From assembly GCA_963727825.1 (NCBI GenBank), contig CAVSHO010000010.1, forward strand, positions 197,660 through 261,659: a stretch of DNA of 64,000 nucleotides, given 5' to 3'. The position numbers were made by a program, and so were the translations under genes. This DNA is from Ignavibacteriota bacterium (lineage in GTDB: Bacteria; Bacteroidota; Ignavibacteria; UBA10030). How positions within the stretch are numbered: the stretch's first letter is position 1; each line of letters starts with the position of its first letter. The notes under the pieces were generated by a model. That model was not told where the DNA came from and made no database searches. It was given only the letters and a program-made list of their open reading frames with translations. Below are positions 10,602 through 20,022 of the stretch, piece after piece.

Positions 10602-11234
10602 ATGAATTTTTCAACAATACAACGATGGGGCGGAATTGCAATAATACTTGGTTCAATATTTCTTACTGCCTGGGCAATATGTTGGACAACTCTTTTACCA
10701 GTGAACGAACGAGCCAGGGATATATCTCTCATGATTTCAAATCCTAACTGGATATGGATTTCTTCATTAGCTTATCCAGGAACTCTTTTCATGATTTTTG
10801 GTTTTACAGCGGTTTATGCAAGACTCTACAATAAAGCTGGAGTTCTCGGTTTTATCGGCTATGTATTTATTATTCTCGCATACATTTTTCAAGCAGCAAA
10901 GATTACGTGGGAAATTTTCATTTATCCAATTATAGTGGGATATGAGCCCTCTATTGCATTGTTCAGGGATAGAATATTGTTGCAGCATCCTCAGTTCATT
11001 TTATTCAGATTGTTTGCAAGTATAACTATTTTTGTTGGTGTTATTCTTCTTTGCATTATGTTGATAAGAAGCCGTGAGTTTCCGAAAAGCGCAGGGATTC
11101 TGATTTTTTGCGGCGCAATAATTTATGCTGTTGGCCCATTGATCAACATCTATTTGGCTATTGCAGGAGTTGTAATACTTTCTATTGGATGTTTTATCTT
11201 GGGATACAAAATGCTTTTCAATGTGATGGAATAA
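10602..11234 (+). CDS. Multi-pass membrane protein, hypothetical
   Basis: 210 aa with about 6 hydrophobic helices; AT-rich. Confidence 0.8.
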   Translation: MNFSTIQRWGGIAIILGSIFLTAWAICWTTLLPVNERARDISLMISNPNWIWISSLAYPGTLFMIFGFTAVYARLYNKAGVLGFIGYVFIILAYIFQAAKITWEIFIYPIIVGYEPSIALFRDRILLQHPQFILFRLFASITIFVGVILLCIMLIRSREFPKSAGILIFCGAIIYAVGPLINIYLAIAGVVILSIGCFILGYKMLFNVME

Positions 11235-11248
11235 TGGATTTGATAGTG

Positions 11249-11272
11249 GTGTCAGGAATTATTTCCTGACAC
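11249..11272. repeat. GTGTCAGGA..TCCTGACAC palindrome (copy 1 of 3)
   Basis: gtgtcaggaattatttcctgacac; related copies at 24008 and 39515. Confidence 0.7.
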
Positions 11273-11295
11273 TAAACTTTCAATGTGATTGAACA

Positions 11296-12111
11296 ATGAC
11301 AATACATAAAGAATTTGTAGAAAATATTATAGAAAAAGTTAAATCCGATCCAACTATTGTGGGATTAGCTATCGGTGGTTCTTGGATTGATAATCAAATT
11401 GACGAATTCTCTGATCTTGATTTCATATTAATTACAGATCAGCTCGTTTCTGATGACTTCAACAAAATGTATAACTATGCCAAACAATTCGGCAGTCTCT
11501 TGAATGCATTTACCGGCGAACACATTGGAGAAAAAAGATTGCTCATATGTATGTACGATAATCCGCTGATTCATGTTGATATAAAATTTATTCTGATAGA
11601 AGATTTAAAGCACCGAGTAGAAGATCCCATTATTTTATGGGATAGAGATGGATCGGTTAAAAGGATTATAGAAACCTCAACTTCGGAATGGCCAACAGTA
11701 AATTTTCAATGGATTGAAGACCGGTTCTGGACATGGATTCATTATACTGCATCAAAACTTGGAAGGGGCGAATATTATGAGGCTCTCGATTGTCTTTCAT
11801 TTTTAAGAATGAATGTGCTATCTCCGCTTTTGCAAATAAAAAACAGGCAGAAGCCGCGCGGACTTCGGAAAATAGAGCGAACATGCCGCAAAGAAGATCT
11901 TCTGAAATTGCAGGAGACGGTTTCCACATATTCAGCGGAATCTATTGCTCTTTCTTTGGAGAAGGCGATAAAATTGTATCGAGAACTGAGAAAAGAACTC
12001 TTCAAAGACAATATTATTCTCCGTAAGGATACAGAAAAAATATGCATTGATTATTTTGATAAGATTAAAAAAAGACGCACACCCCTCCGGTTTGCGATTA
12101 AATCGAAATAA
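11296..12111 (+). CDS. Pol-beta superfamily nucleotidyltransferase (aminoglycoside/lincosamide adenylyltransferase-like)
   Basis: GGSW..DEFSDLD catalytic motif plus a C-terminal helical domain. Confidence 0.8.
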   Translation: MTIHKEFVENIIEKVKSDPTIVGLAIGGSWIDNQIDEFSDLDFILITDQLVSDDFNKMYNYAKQFGSLLNAFTGEHIGEKRLLICMYDNPLIHVDIKFILIEDLKHRVEDPIILWDRDGSVKRIIETSTSEWPTVNFQWIEDRFWTWIHYTASKLGRGEYYEALDCLSFLRMNVLSPLLQIKNRQKPRGLRKIERTCRKEDLLKLQETVSTYSAESIALSLEKAIKLYRELRKELFKDNIILRKDTEKICIDYFDKIKKRRTPLRFAIKSK

Positions 12112-12211
12112 TAGTACTATTTTCTAAAGCAATCCCCTGCCACAATACTTTGAGGCAAGCAACCAAGTGCTTGCCCTTTCCGATGAGATTGAATTCTATA
12201 CAGGATAGTAA

Positions 12212-15200
12212 ATGATAGAAACATACATCAAGAAAGTAGCATCCAGCACTGCTCAAGGCGATGCCCGCGAAGAAAGTTATTATGGAAATTTCTCCAACTT
12301 TCTCGAATCCTTCGCTGAGGAAACAGGCAAAAAGCGTATTCAAATCACCACCCTCCCTAAAAAGACCGAAGCTGGTAACCCTGATTTCCGTGTGTGGGAT
12401 GGCAGGCAGCAAATCGTTGGGTACATCGAAGCGAAGAAGCCGGGAGAGAATCTCGATCTCATCGAAGATTCCGAACAACTGAAACGCTACCGCGCCACCT
12501 TTCCTAATCTTATCCTCACCGATTTTTACGAATTCCGGTTATATCGCAACGGCGAATTGTTCGATAAAGTTCTTCTTGCCAGGCCGTTTATTGCCAAAAA
12601 ACTCAAAACGGTGCCGCCGGTTGAACACAAAGAGAAGTTTATTACGCTTCTGGAAAAATTCTTTTCCTTCTCTCTTCCAAAAGTCTTTACGGCAGAAAAT
12701 CTTGCTGTAGAGCTGGCAAAGCGCACCGGTTTTTTACGCGATGAAGTAGTCGTCAAAGAACTGGAAGAAGCAGAACACGGTAAAGGAAAAACTTTCGGCT
12801 TCTATACTGCCTTCAAACAATATCTCGTTTCCGATCTTTCACCGAAAGATTTTGCGGACATCTATTCGCAAACCATTACTTACGGATTGTTCGCCGCACG
12901 AACGCGTGCAACCGGAGAGTTCAACCGAAAATTAGCGTATGATCTTATTCCCAAAACCATCGGCATTCTGCGGGACGTGTTTAGGTTCATTTCTCTCGAC
13001 AAATTGCCGCCGCAAATGGAAGTGATCATTGATGACATTGCCGAAGTACTTCAAGCGGCCGATGTGAACAAAATATTAGACGAATATTATCGAAAAGGAA
13101 AAGGCGAAGACCCGATTGTCCATTTCTACGAGACCTTTTTGAATATCTACGATCCCGGCACGCGCGAGAAACGCGGCGTGTATTACACGCCGGAGCCGGT
13201 TGTGAAATATATTGTCCGCGCCATTCATGATTTGCTTAAAACGCATTTCCATTTGCAGGACGGACTTGCAAACAAGGAAGTGACCCTGCTTGATCCGGCC
13301 GGCGGAACGCTCACATTCCCCGCGGAAGCGATTAAGTTAGCGGTGGAAGAGTACACCACAAAATATGGTGACGCGGGAAAAACCAAACTGATTAAAAACC
13401 AGATTCTTAAAAACTTTTATGCGTTCGAGCTGATGATGGCTCCTTATGCCATCGGGCATATTAAAATTAGTTTCTTACTGGAAGAACTCGGCTACACAAT
13501 GCAAGAAGACGACCGCTTTAAGCTCTACCTAACCAACACGCTGGATATGGAAGATTTAAAGCAAACTGAAATTCCCGGACTTGAATCCCTAAGCGATGAA
13601 AACCACCTTGCCGGACAGATAAAACAAAAAGAGCCGATACTTGTTATTCTCGGCAATCCTCCATACAGTGGACACTCCGCAAACAAAAATGATTGGACAG
13701 AAAAACTATTAAAAGAAGATATTGACGGGGCAACAGGATATTATACGGTCGATGGACAACCGCTTGGAGAGAAAAATCCCAAATGGCTGCAAGATGATTA
13801 TGTAAAGTTTCTGCGCTTTGCTCAATGGAAGATTCATAAAGCCGGGCAAGGTATCGTGGGAATGATTACTAATCACAGTTATCTGGATAATCCCACGTTT
13901 CGCGGAATGCGTCAGAGTTTAATGAACACATATAACGAGATTTATATTGTTGATCTGCATGGCAATTCTTTGAAGAAAGAAACAACTCCAGACGGTGGTA
14001 AAGATGAAAATGTTTTTGATATTCGTCAGGGAACAGCAATTGCGGTTTTTGCAAAGATAAAGAATACAAAAGGATGTAAAGTCTATCAACGTGATATTTT
14101 TGGTTTAAGAGAAGAAAAATACGATTGGCTTGAAAAGAAACCGTTTAAGAAAAAAGACTATGAAGTATTAGACCCAATAATACCATGGTATTTTTTGACG
14201 CAAAGTAATACAGAAGAGATTGAATACTATAATCGTTGGTGGAAAGTCAATGACATATTCCCGATTAACAGTGTTGGGATTGTCACAGCAAGAGATGATT
14301 TTGCTATTTCATTTAATAAAGAAGCCCTTGAAGGCAGAATAAGACAATTCAGGAACCTAAAATTTGATTTAGAGTTTCTTAAAAGTGCTTACAATCTGAA
14401 AAGTTCGGGGACGTGGGATATAAGTAATGCAAGGGAAGAATTAGCAAAAGACAACAATTATGATGAACATTATCATAAAATTCTCTATCGTCCTTTTGAT
14501 AATCGTTTGATCTACTATTGCGAGACAATAATTGAAAGAATGCGATTTGATATAATGCAGCATATGCTTAAACCAAACATTTCACTTTGTTTTGTTCGGC
14601 AATATTCAGGTGATTCGCCTTATTCTCATGCATTAGTCTCCGAGAGTATGATCGATAATAGAACATTCTTTAGTAGTAAAGGAATCATACAGCAAGCACC
14701 TCTTTATCTCTACGAAACCGAGAAAGCAAAAAAGCGCGCCGCACTTTCCACGATGATGCTGTTTGATAACGTGGTAGAATACGGAAAAGCGAAAGGAAAG
14801 AAAGCGAACATTGCGCCGAAAGTGTTTGAGCAATTGGAGAAAGCGTACGGCAAGGTCCCAACGCCGGAACAAATCCTCGGTTACTGTTATGCCGTTTTAT
14901 ACAGCAATGCTTACCGCGAAAAGTTTGCGGAGTTTTTGAAGATCGATTTTCCGCGCATACCATTTACAAAGAATTATGATCTCTTTAAAGAAATGTCCAA
15001 ACTTGGCGAAGAGCTGATCGAATTACATCTATTGAAACACAAAGCTCTGAACAAGCCCATCCTCAAATATTTCGGCAAAGGAAAAGACGATACCATCGTC
15101 AAGCCGCGCTATGATGAAGAACGAGAATACGTGTTCATCAACGATCAAAAATGGTTCGAAAATGTTTCTGTCGAAGTGTGGAACTACCAAATCGGCGGGT

Positions 15201-15358
15201 ATCAGGTGATGGAAAAATATCTCAAAGACCGCAAAGGCAGACAAATGGAAGATTCAGGACATTACTGCCGGATGGGAACTTCCATTGCCAAGACTATCGA
15301 GGTGCAGAAGGAAATCGATAAACTATTCCCGAGAGTTGAGAAAAAAGTGATAACATAG
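12212..15358 (+). CDS. Single-chain restriction-modification enzyme (PD-(D/E)xK nuclease, N6-adenine MTase, type ISP-like C-terminal TRD; no helicase)
   Basis: GNPDF..GYIEAK, GVYYTP, LDPAGGT, GNPPY, YRPFD and YQIGGYQV motifs. Confidence 0.9.
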   Translation: MIETYIKKVASSTAQGDAREESYYGNFSNFLESFAEETGKKRIQITTLPKKTEAGNPDFRVWDGRQQIVGYIEAKKPGENLDLIEDSEQLKRYRATFPNLILTDFYEFRLYRNGELFDKVLLARPFIAKKLKTVPPVEHKEKFITLLEKFFSFSLPKVFTAENLAVELAKRTGFLRDEVVVKELEEAEHGKGKTFGFYTAFKQYLVSDLSPKDFADIYSQTITYGLFAARTRATGEFNRKLAYDLIPKTIGILRDVFRFISLDKLPPQMEVIIDDIAEVLQAADVNKILDEYYRKGKGEDPIVHFYETFLNIYDPGTREKRGVYYTPEPVVKYIVRAIHDLLKTHFHLQDGLANKEVTLLDPAGGTLTFPAEAIKLAVEEYTTKYGDAGKTKLIKNQILKNFYAFELMMAPYAIGHIKISFLLEELGYTMQEDDRFKLYLTNTLDMEDLKQTEIPGLESLSDENHLAGQIKQKEPILVILGNPPYSGHSANKNDWTEKLLKEDIDGATGYYTVDGQPLGEKNPKWLQDDYVKFLRFAQWKIHKAGQGIVGMITNHSYLDNPTFRGMRQSLMNTYNEIYIVDLHGNSLKKETTPDGGKDENVFDIRQGTAIAVFAKIKNTKGCKVYQRDIFGLREEKYDWLEKKPFKKKDYEVLDPIIPWYFLTQSNTEEIEYYNRWWKVNDIFPINSVGIVTARDDFAISFNKEALEGRIRQFRNLKFDLEFLKSAYNLKSSGTWDISNAREELAKDNNYDEHYHKILYRPFDNRLIYYCETIIERMRFDIMQHMLKPNISLCFVRQYSGDSPYSHALVSESMIDNRTFFSSKGIIQQAPLYLYETEKAKKRAALSTMMLFDNVVEYGKAKGKKANIAPKVFEQLEKAYGKVPTPEQILGYCYAVLYSNAYREKFAEFLKIDFPRIPFTKNYDLFKEMSKLGEELIELHLLKHKALNKPILKYFGKGKDDTIVKPRYDEEREYVFINDQKWFENVSVEVWNYQIGGYQVMEKYLKDRKGRQMEDSGHYCRMGTSIAKTIEVQKEIDKLFPRVEKKVIT

Positions 15359-15365
15359 AAATTGG

Positions 15366-15425
15366 ACCTCCCCTAAATCCCCTCCTCGTATGAGGAGGGG
15401 AAAACGCCGAAGGCGTAGGGGTGGT
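15366..15425. repeat. REP-like hairpins upstream of the DUF559 gene
   Basis: acctcccctaaatcccctcctcgtatgaggagggg and acgccgaaggcgt. Confidence 0.7.
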
Positions 15426-15435
15426 GGACAAAACT

Positions 15436-15867
15436 ATGGCTGAACACTACAATAAACCGATCATGAAACGGCGACGGAAAGTTTTAAGAAGAAATCTCTC
15501 CAAAGCTGAAACCATAATATGGAAACATCTCTCGCACCGACAGATGCACGGTTGTAAATTTCGCCGCCAATATAGCGTTGACCAATATGTTATAGATTTC
15601 TACTGTCCGGAATTCAAAATTGCCATTGAAATCGATGGCGATTCACATTTCAAAACAGGTGCGGAAGATTACGATAAAGCAAGGCAGGAATACATCGAAT
15701 CATTTGGTATACAGTTTCTCCCTGCCTCGCCGGCAGGCGGGCGTTTTACTAATGAAGATGTATGTAAAAATATAAATGGTGTGTGTCAGAAAATATATGA
15801 AAAAATCGAGGTGCGGAAGGAAATCGATAAACTTTTTCCTAAAGTGGAAAAGAAAGTTATTGGATAG
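15436..15867 (+). CDS. DUF559 (Vsr-like) endonuclease with an in-frame 21-nt insertion and an R-M-derived C-terminus
   Basis: AE..W..L..Q..KFRRQ..YVIDFYC..IAIEIDGDSH..D..R..GIQFL[PASPAGG]RFTNEDV. Confidence 0.88.
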   Translation: MAEHYNKPIMKRRRKVLRRNLSKAETIIWKHLSHRQMHGCKFRRQYSVDQYVIDFYCPEFKIAIEIDGDSHFKTGAEDYDKARQEYIESFGIQFLPASPAGGRFTNEDVCKNINGVCQKIYEKIEVRKEIDKLFPKVEKKVIG

Positions 15868-15893
15868 GATATAGTTTTATCTTTGATCTCAAT

Positions 15894-16006
15894 TTGTCAT
15901 TTCGAATCCCGACGAAGTCAGCGTGAGAAATCTAATTTAAAAGAAAGATTTCTTCCCCGATTATCCTTCGACAAGCTCAGGACAAACATCAGGAGAGAAA
16001 TAACAA
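15894..16006. repeat. REP-like inverted pair with a nested CCTTCGACAAGCTCAGGAC element
   Basis: ttgtcatttcgaa..gagaaatct / agatttctt-cccga[ttatccttcgacaagctcaggacaaa]catcagga-gagaaataacaa. Confidence 0.6.
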
Positions 16007-16059
16007 GAGGGCGGCATTGATTATCACATACATTTACTTTAAAAGGATATCATTCCAAC

Positions 16060-16560
16060 ATGATTGCAATTCCCTTTGATGTCAATGACGAGAAGCTTCG
16101 CAAAAGATTCTTCGATAAACTTTTCGGCGATTGCATTGCTGGCCTCGCTGAAAATACACAGCCCATCTGGGGCAAAATGGCTCCACAACATATGATCGAA
16201 CACCTCGTCTGGGCATTTGAATGCTCTTCAGGGATACTCGAAGTTTCTTGTCACACTCCGGCGAACCTGCTTGAGCGAGCGAAGAGATTTCTCTATAACA
16301 ACCAGCCAACACCTCAAGATTTCAAGAATCCCTTACTCGGCGAGACCCCGCCTCCTTTCCGACTCCCCAGCTTTGCTGATGCGAAGGATGCATTACTCAA
16401 AGAAGTCGCTCGCTTTGTCAATCATTTCTGGGAACAACCGAATGCGATTCACGTTCACCCCATATTCGGTCCGCTCGGTGCGGAGGAATGGCAGCGATCT
16501 CAATTCAAGCATTGCTATCACCACTTGCTGCAATTCGGACTTATCAACCAAATAGTATAG
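16060..16560 (+). CDS. DinB/DUF1569 family protein
   Basis: WGKMAPQHMIEHL..HPIFGPL..W...KHCYHHLLQFG. Confidence 0.85.
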   Translation: MIAIPFDVNDEKLRKRFFDKLFGDCIAGLAENTQPIWGKMAPQHMIEHLVWAFECSSGILEVSCHTPANLLERAKRFLYNNQPTPQDFKNPLLGETPPPFRLPSFADAKDALLKEVARFVNHFWEQPNAIHVHPIFGPLGAEEWQRSQFKHCYHHLLQFGLINQIV

Positions 16561-16956
16561 AAAAGCAATCTCTGTGAAACGGAAAGTTTGCATGAGAATA
16601 TCAAAATAGTAGGTGAAACATGGAATATAAATCCGGAAAACAAAAATATTGGTTCGATATACTCGTTGGACAGCACGCATCTGGAGCATTGTAAGTATCG
16701 GGCTTGGAACGGAGTGTTCAAAAAAGCAATGATAAGAATATATTACAGAAAGAATTATACGGAAGATTGAAAGAATTATATGAACATTTTTAAAAACCCA
16801 TCGCTTAACCGACAAACAGACAGCTGCTAAGTAAAGATGGCAGGTAAAAGAGCTTGGTCGGTAATATTGTTCTTCCTATGTAGAAAGTACGTGAGTATGT
16901 TTTTCCATCTTATTATTCAAAACCTAATGATAAGAGTAAATTGTCAAGTTCTAAAT

Positions 16957-16974
16957 TAGGCATAGAATATGCCT
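16957..16974 (+). promoter_or_regulatory. Possible sigma54 promoter or palindrome before the pilin-like gene
   Basis: aGGcatagaatatGCct: GG-N10-GC spacing inside a perfect inverted repeat. Confidence 0.4.
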
Positions 16975-17033
16975 TATAATTAGCGGATTAAGATATATTG
17001 AAATTCACACAAGAGTTTATTATATAGACAACA

Positions 17034-17441
17034 ATGGGTCAACAACAAATAATAATTTTAGTCCTTGGGACAGTAATTGTTGGAATTGCAATAGCGGTGG
17101 GAGTTTTACTGTTTCAATCAAATAATATTTCATCAAATAAAGATGCGCTTATGGCGGATTTAAATAATGTCTTAGCAGATGCACAAGCATATTATTTAAA
17201 GCCATCCTGCCTTGGCGGAGGCAATCGCAGTTTTATAGGATACATTATTCCCAGTAGAATGGTAACAACCGATAATGGCACTATTACGTTCACACAACCC
17301 CCAGATGTTAATACTCTTTACTTAACTGCAACTTCTGCCGAAAATGATGGAGTAATCACAGCTAATGTTGACATCTTTCATGACCACTTAATTGGGGTTA
17401 CACCAAAGTCCGGAACTGTGTTTGATGACAGCGAAGAATAG
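17034..17441 (+). CDS. Type IV pilin-like protein (MGQQQ family)
   Basis: MG-QQQ followed by a ~20-aa hydrophobic helix, an amphipathic helix (DLNNVLADAQAYY..P..LGGG) and a beta-rich head. Confidence 0.65.
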   Translation: MGQQQIIILVLGTVIVGIAIAVGVLLFQSNNISSNKDALMADLNNVLADAQAYYLKPSCLGGGNRSFIGYIIPSRMVTTDNGTITFTQPPDVNTLYLTATSAENDGVITANVDIFHDHLIGVTPKSGTVFDDSEE

Positions 17442-17665
17442 CATCATCGTTTCATCCGCTGACTCTTCCCTACTAATTTCTGTATAAATCGATTTCATAG
17501 TACATAAGTTCACTTTTATATCACTTCATTCGTTCCCCTTTTAATATTTCCGCGTTGTACAATTATTCCACCGTTTTGCTCCCAAGAATTATTTATATTG
17601 ATATAGTGACACTAAATTACTCTGCATTTTATATAAGAGTAAAAGTGAGTGTATAACAAACGTCA

Positions 17666-19081
17666 TTGAGGAGGATGATTATTTTAAAAAAGAATCCACA
17701 TTCTGTGAAAAAATCATTTAAGATTTCTCCCAAAATAATGACGCTTATGGAAAGCGCGACGAAGAAATCAAGGAATCCGAAGAAAGAACTACTTTCTTCT
17801 TATGCTTCCGGTATTCCTTCCGACTTTGAATTGACGAAGGAATTCTCGACTGCGTTTGAGCTAATGGAACATACTGGGAAGCATCTGTATATCACAGGCA
17901 ACGCCGGTACGGGTAAGTCCACGCTTCTTCATTACTTTAAAAAACAGACACGCAAGGAAGTCGTCATACTCGCTCCAACGGGGATCGCCGCAGTGAATAT
18001 CGGCGGCGCAACGATCCATTCCTTTTTCCGCTTCCCCACTCACTTCATCACGCAGGACGACATCAAGAAAATACGCGGCAAAGCGGACATGTTCGCAGCC
18101 CTTGAAACTCTTATCATCGATGAAGCCTCTATGGTACGAGCCGATATGATGGATGCGATAGATGCCTCACTCCGGTTAAACCGCAATCGGCCGTATGAAC
18201 CATTCGGCGGTGTTCAACTGGTTTTGATAGGAGACTTATTCCAACTACCGCCGGTTATAGAACAGGACCTCGAAGAATATTTCGCTGACAATTACATGAC
18301 TCCCTATTTCTTCAGCGCGAAGGTGTTCAGCGAAATACATCTGCATAAGATAGAATTGCAGCGAGTGTTTCGTCAAAGCGACCCGGACTTTATCAGACTT
18401 CTGAATAAGGTGCGAAACAACGAACTTGAAATGTCTGACTTGGAAATAATCAATCAACGATTTCAGCCTTCATGGAAGCTTAACAATCACGATCTCGCAA
18501 TCACTCTTACCAGTACGAACGCTCGTGCCTCGGCGATCAACCTTCAACGGCTCTCTGAGTTACGGACAGAGGAATATTTTTTTGACGCGGTCATCGACGG
18601 TGACTTTGATGACAAATCGCACCCTACAGACAAGAGACTCAGGTTGAGAGAAGGCGCCCAGATTATGATGGTCAAGAATGATCCAAATAAACGATGGGTG
18701 AATGGATCGCTGGGTGTTGTGCAGCAGCTTTCGCACGATGCTATTAAAGTCTCCTTCGGTACTGCAGTGCACACTATTGAACCGACGAACTGGGAAAAAT
18801 CGATTTACGACTATGATCGTGTGCATCGCAGCCTTGAGTCCGTGGTCATAGGTTCGTTCCGTCAATACCCGATAAAACTTGCATGGGCAATTACTATCCA
18901 TAAGAGTCAGGGTAAAACATTCGATAACGTCATCATTGACCTTGGCTATGGAGCATTCGCACATGGACAATCGTATGTCGCACTTAGCCGTTGCACATCC
19001 TACGAGGGCTTGCATCTAAAAGCTCCATTGAAATATTCTGATATTATTCTCGACCCTAGAATCCAGGAATTTCATACATAG
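17666..19081 (+). CDS. PIF1/RecD-like SF1B DNA helicase (true start may be ~17737-17747)
   Basis: ITGNAGTGKS, APTGIAA, IIDEASM, GDLFQLPP, AWAITIHKSQG and YVALSR motifs. Confidence 0.92.
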   Translation: MRRMIILKKNPHSVKKSFKISPKIMTLMESATKKSRNPKKELLSSYASGIPSDFELTKEFSTAFELMEHTGKHLYITGNAGTGKSTLLHYFKKQTRKEVVILAPTGIAAVNIGGATIHSFFRFPTHFITQDDIKKIRGKADMFAALETLIIDEASMVRADMMDAIDASLRLNRNRPYEPFGGVQLVLIGDLFQLPPVIEQDLEEYFADNYMTPYFFSAKVFSEIHLHKIELQRVFRQSDPDFIRLLNKVRNNELEMSDLEIINQRFQPSWKLNNHDLAITLTSTNARASAINLQRLSELRTEEYFFDAVIDGDFDDKSHPTDKRLRLREGAQIMMVKNDPNKRWVNGSLGVVQQLSHDAIKVSFGTAVHTIEPTNWEKSIYDYDRVHRSLESVVIGSFRQYPIKLAWAITIHKSQGKTFDNVIIDLGYGAFAHGQSYVALSRCTSYEGLHLKAPLKYSDIILDPRIQEFHT

Positions 19082-19312
19082 CTATAATACATTAATAAGA
19101 ATCATGACACATACCACGCTAACAAATGTTGAGCGGGATTTTCGAATTCCCCACGCCCCCCTTCGTTTGAAGATGGGAAGTCCCAATGCAGTTCGATCGG
19201 GATCTGGGGTTCAAAAGCAATAGCAAGAATTTATGATAAAAAGAATTATACGGGAGAATGATAAAATAATATAGATTTTGATTTTAATAAAATTCCAATT
19301 TATTGGGACATT

Positions 19313-19981
19313 ATGAATACCATTATCGATTTTCTTTCTTGGATCGGCGTCGCACTCGTGACACTTCTATCCATCGTCAATCCCGTCAGTACCGCTGTCC
19401 TTCTGCTCAGTATCAGCGCACATCTCAGCGATGAAGAGCGGAACCGTCAGATCACCCGGGCGTGTATGTATATGACGGCTATTCTGGTCATATTCCTTTT
19501 TGCGGGTCACGTAATTATGTTGGCCTTCAGAATTTCCATACCGGGTATTCGTATCGCTGGAGGAATGATCATCGGTTATATCGGATTTCGGATGTTATTT
19601 CCAGAAAAGGGTTTGCTTTCTCGAGAAGGCAAAGAAGAGGCACAACAAAAGCTAGATATTTCATTCAGTCCTCTCGCTATGCCAAGTTTGAGCGGACCCG
19701 GTTCCATCGCAGTCGTCATTACGATGTCATCGTCTATCAACGGGCAGCATGGTATTAACAAAGTCCTCGCTTTTTCCGGTGTAGTTTTGGCAATCATTAT
19801 AACTGCAATCGTCTCGTGGCTGGTTCTCCGCGGAGCCGGTGTTTTACGCCGTTACCTGGGTCTGAATGGAGTCGATGCACTTTCGAAAGTTATGGGGTTT
19901 CTACTCGTCTGCATTGGCATTCAATTTATGATCAACGGTGTTCAAGAGCTGGTGTTAAATATGGGATCTTTGGTTAAGTGA
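19313..19981 (+). CDS. marC: MarC family inner membrane protein
   Basis: IVNP, IRIAGG and PLAMPSLSGPGSIA motifs; 6 TM helices. Confidence 0.9.
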   Translation: MNTIIDFLSWIGVALVTLLSIVNPVSTAVLLLSISAHLSDEERNRQITRACMYMTAILVIFLFAGHVIMLAFRISIPGIRIAGGMIIGYIGFRMLFPEKGLLSREGKEEAQQKLDISFSPLAMPSLSGPGSIAVVITMSSSINGQHGINKVLAFSGVVLAIIITAIVSWLVLRGAGVLRRYLGLNGVDALSKVMGFLLVCIGIQFMINGVQELVLNMGSLVK

Positions 19982-20022
19982 ATTATGTATCAGTGAAGAA
20001 TAAACTATAGGATTGAAAACCC

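Noticed and set aside
16588-16770. 60-aa ORF downstream of the DinB-like gene
   Set aside because: No RBS or recognisable motif; may be a gene remnant
12212-19081. R-M enzyme plus PIF1 helicase as a split type ISP system
   Set aside because: Type ISP enzymes use an SF2 helicase, whereas PIF1 is SF1B, and it is separated by three unrelated genes
10380-19200. Integron attC sites (TAAC motifs after genes at ~12080, ~16806 and ~19118)
   Set aside because: No convincing paired R''/R' boxes and no integrase in the window; too degenerate to support
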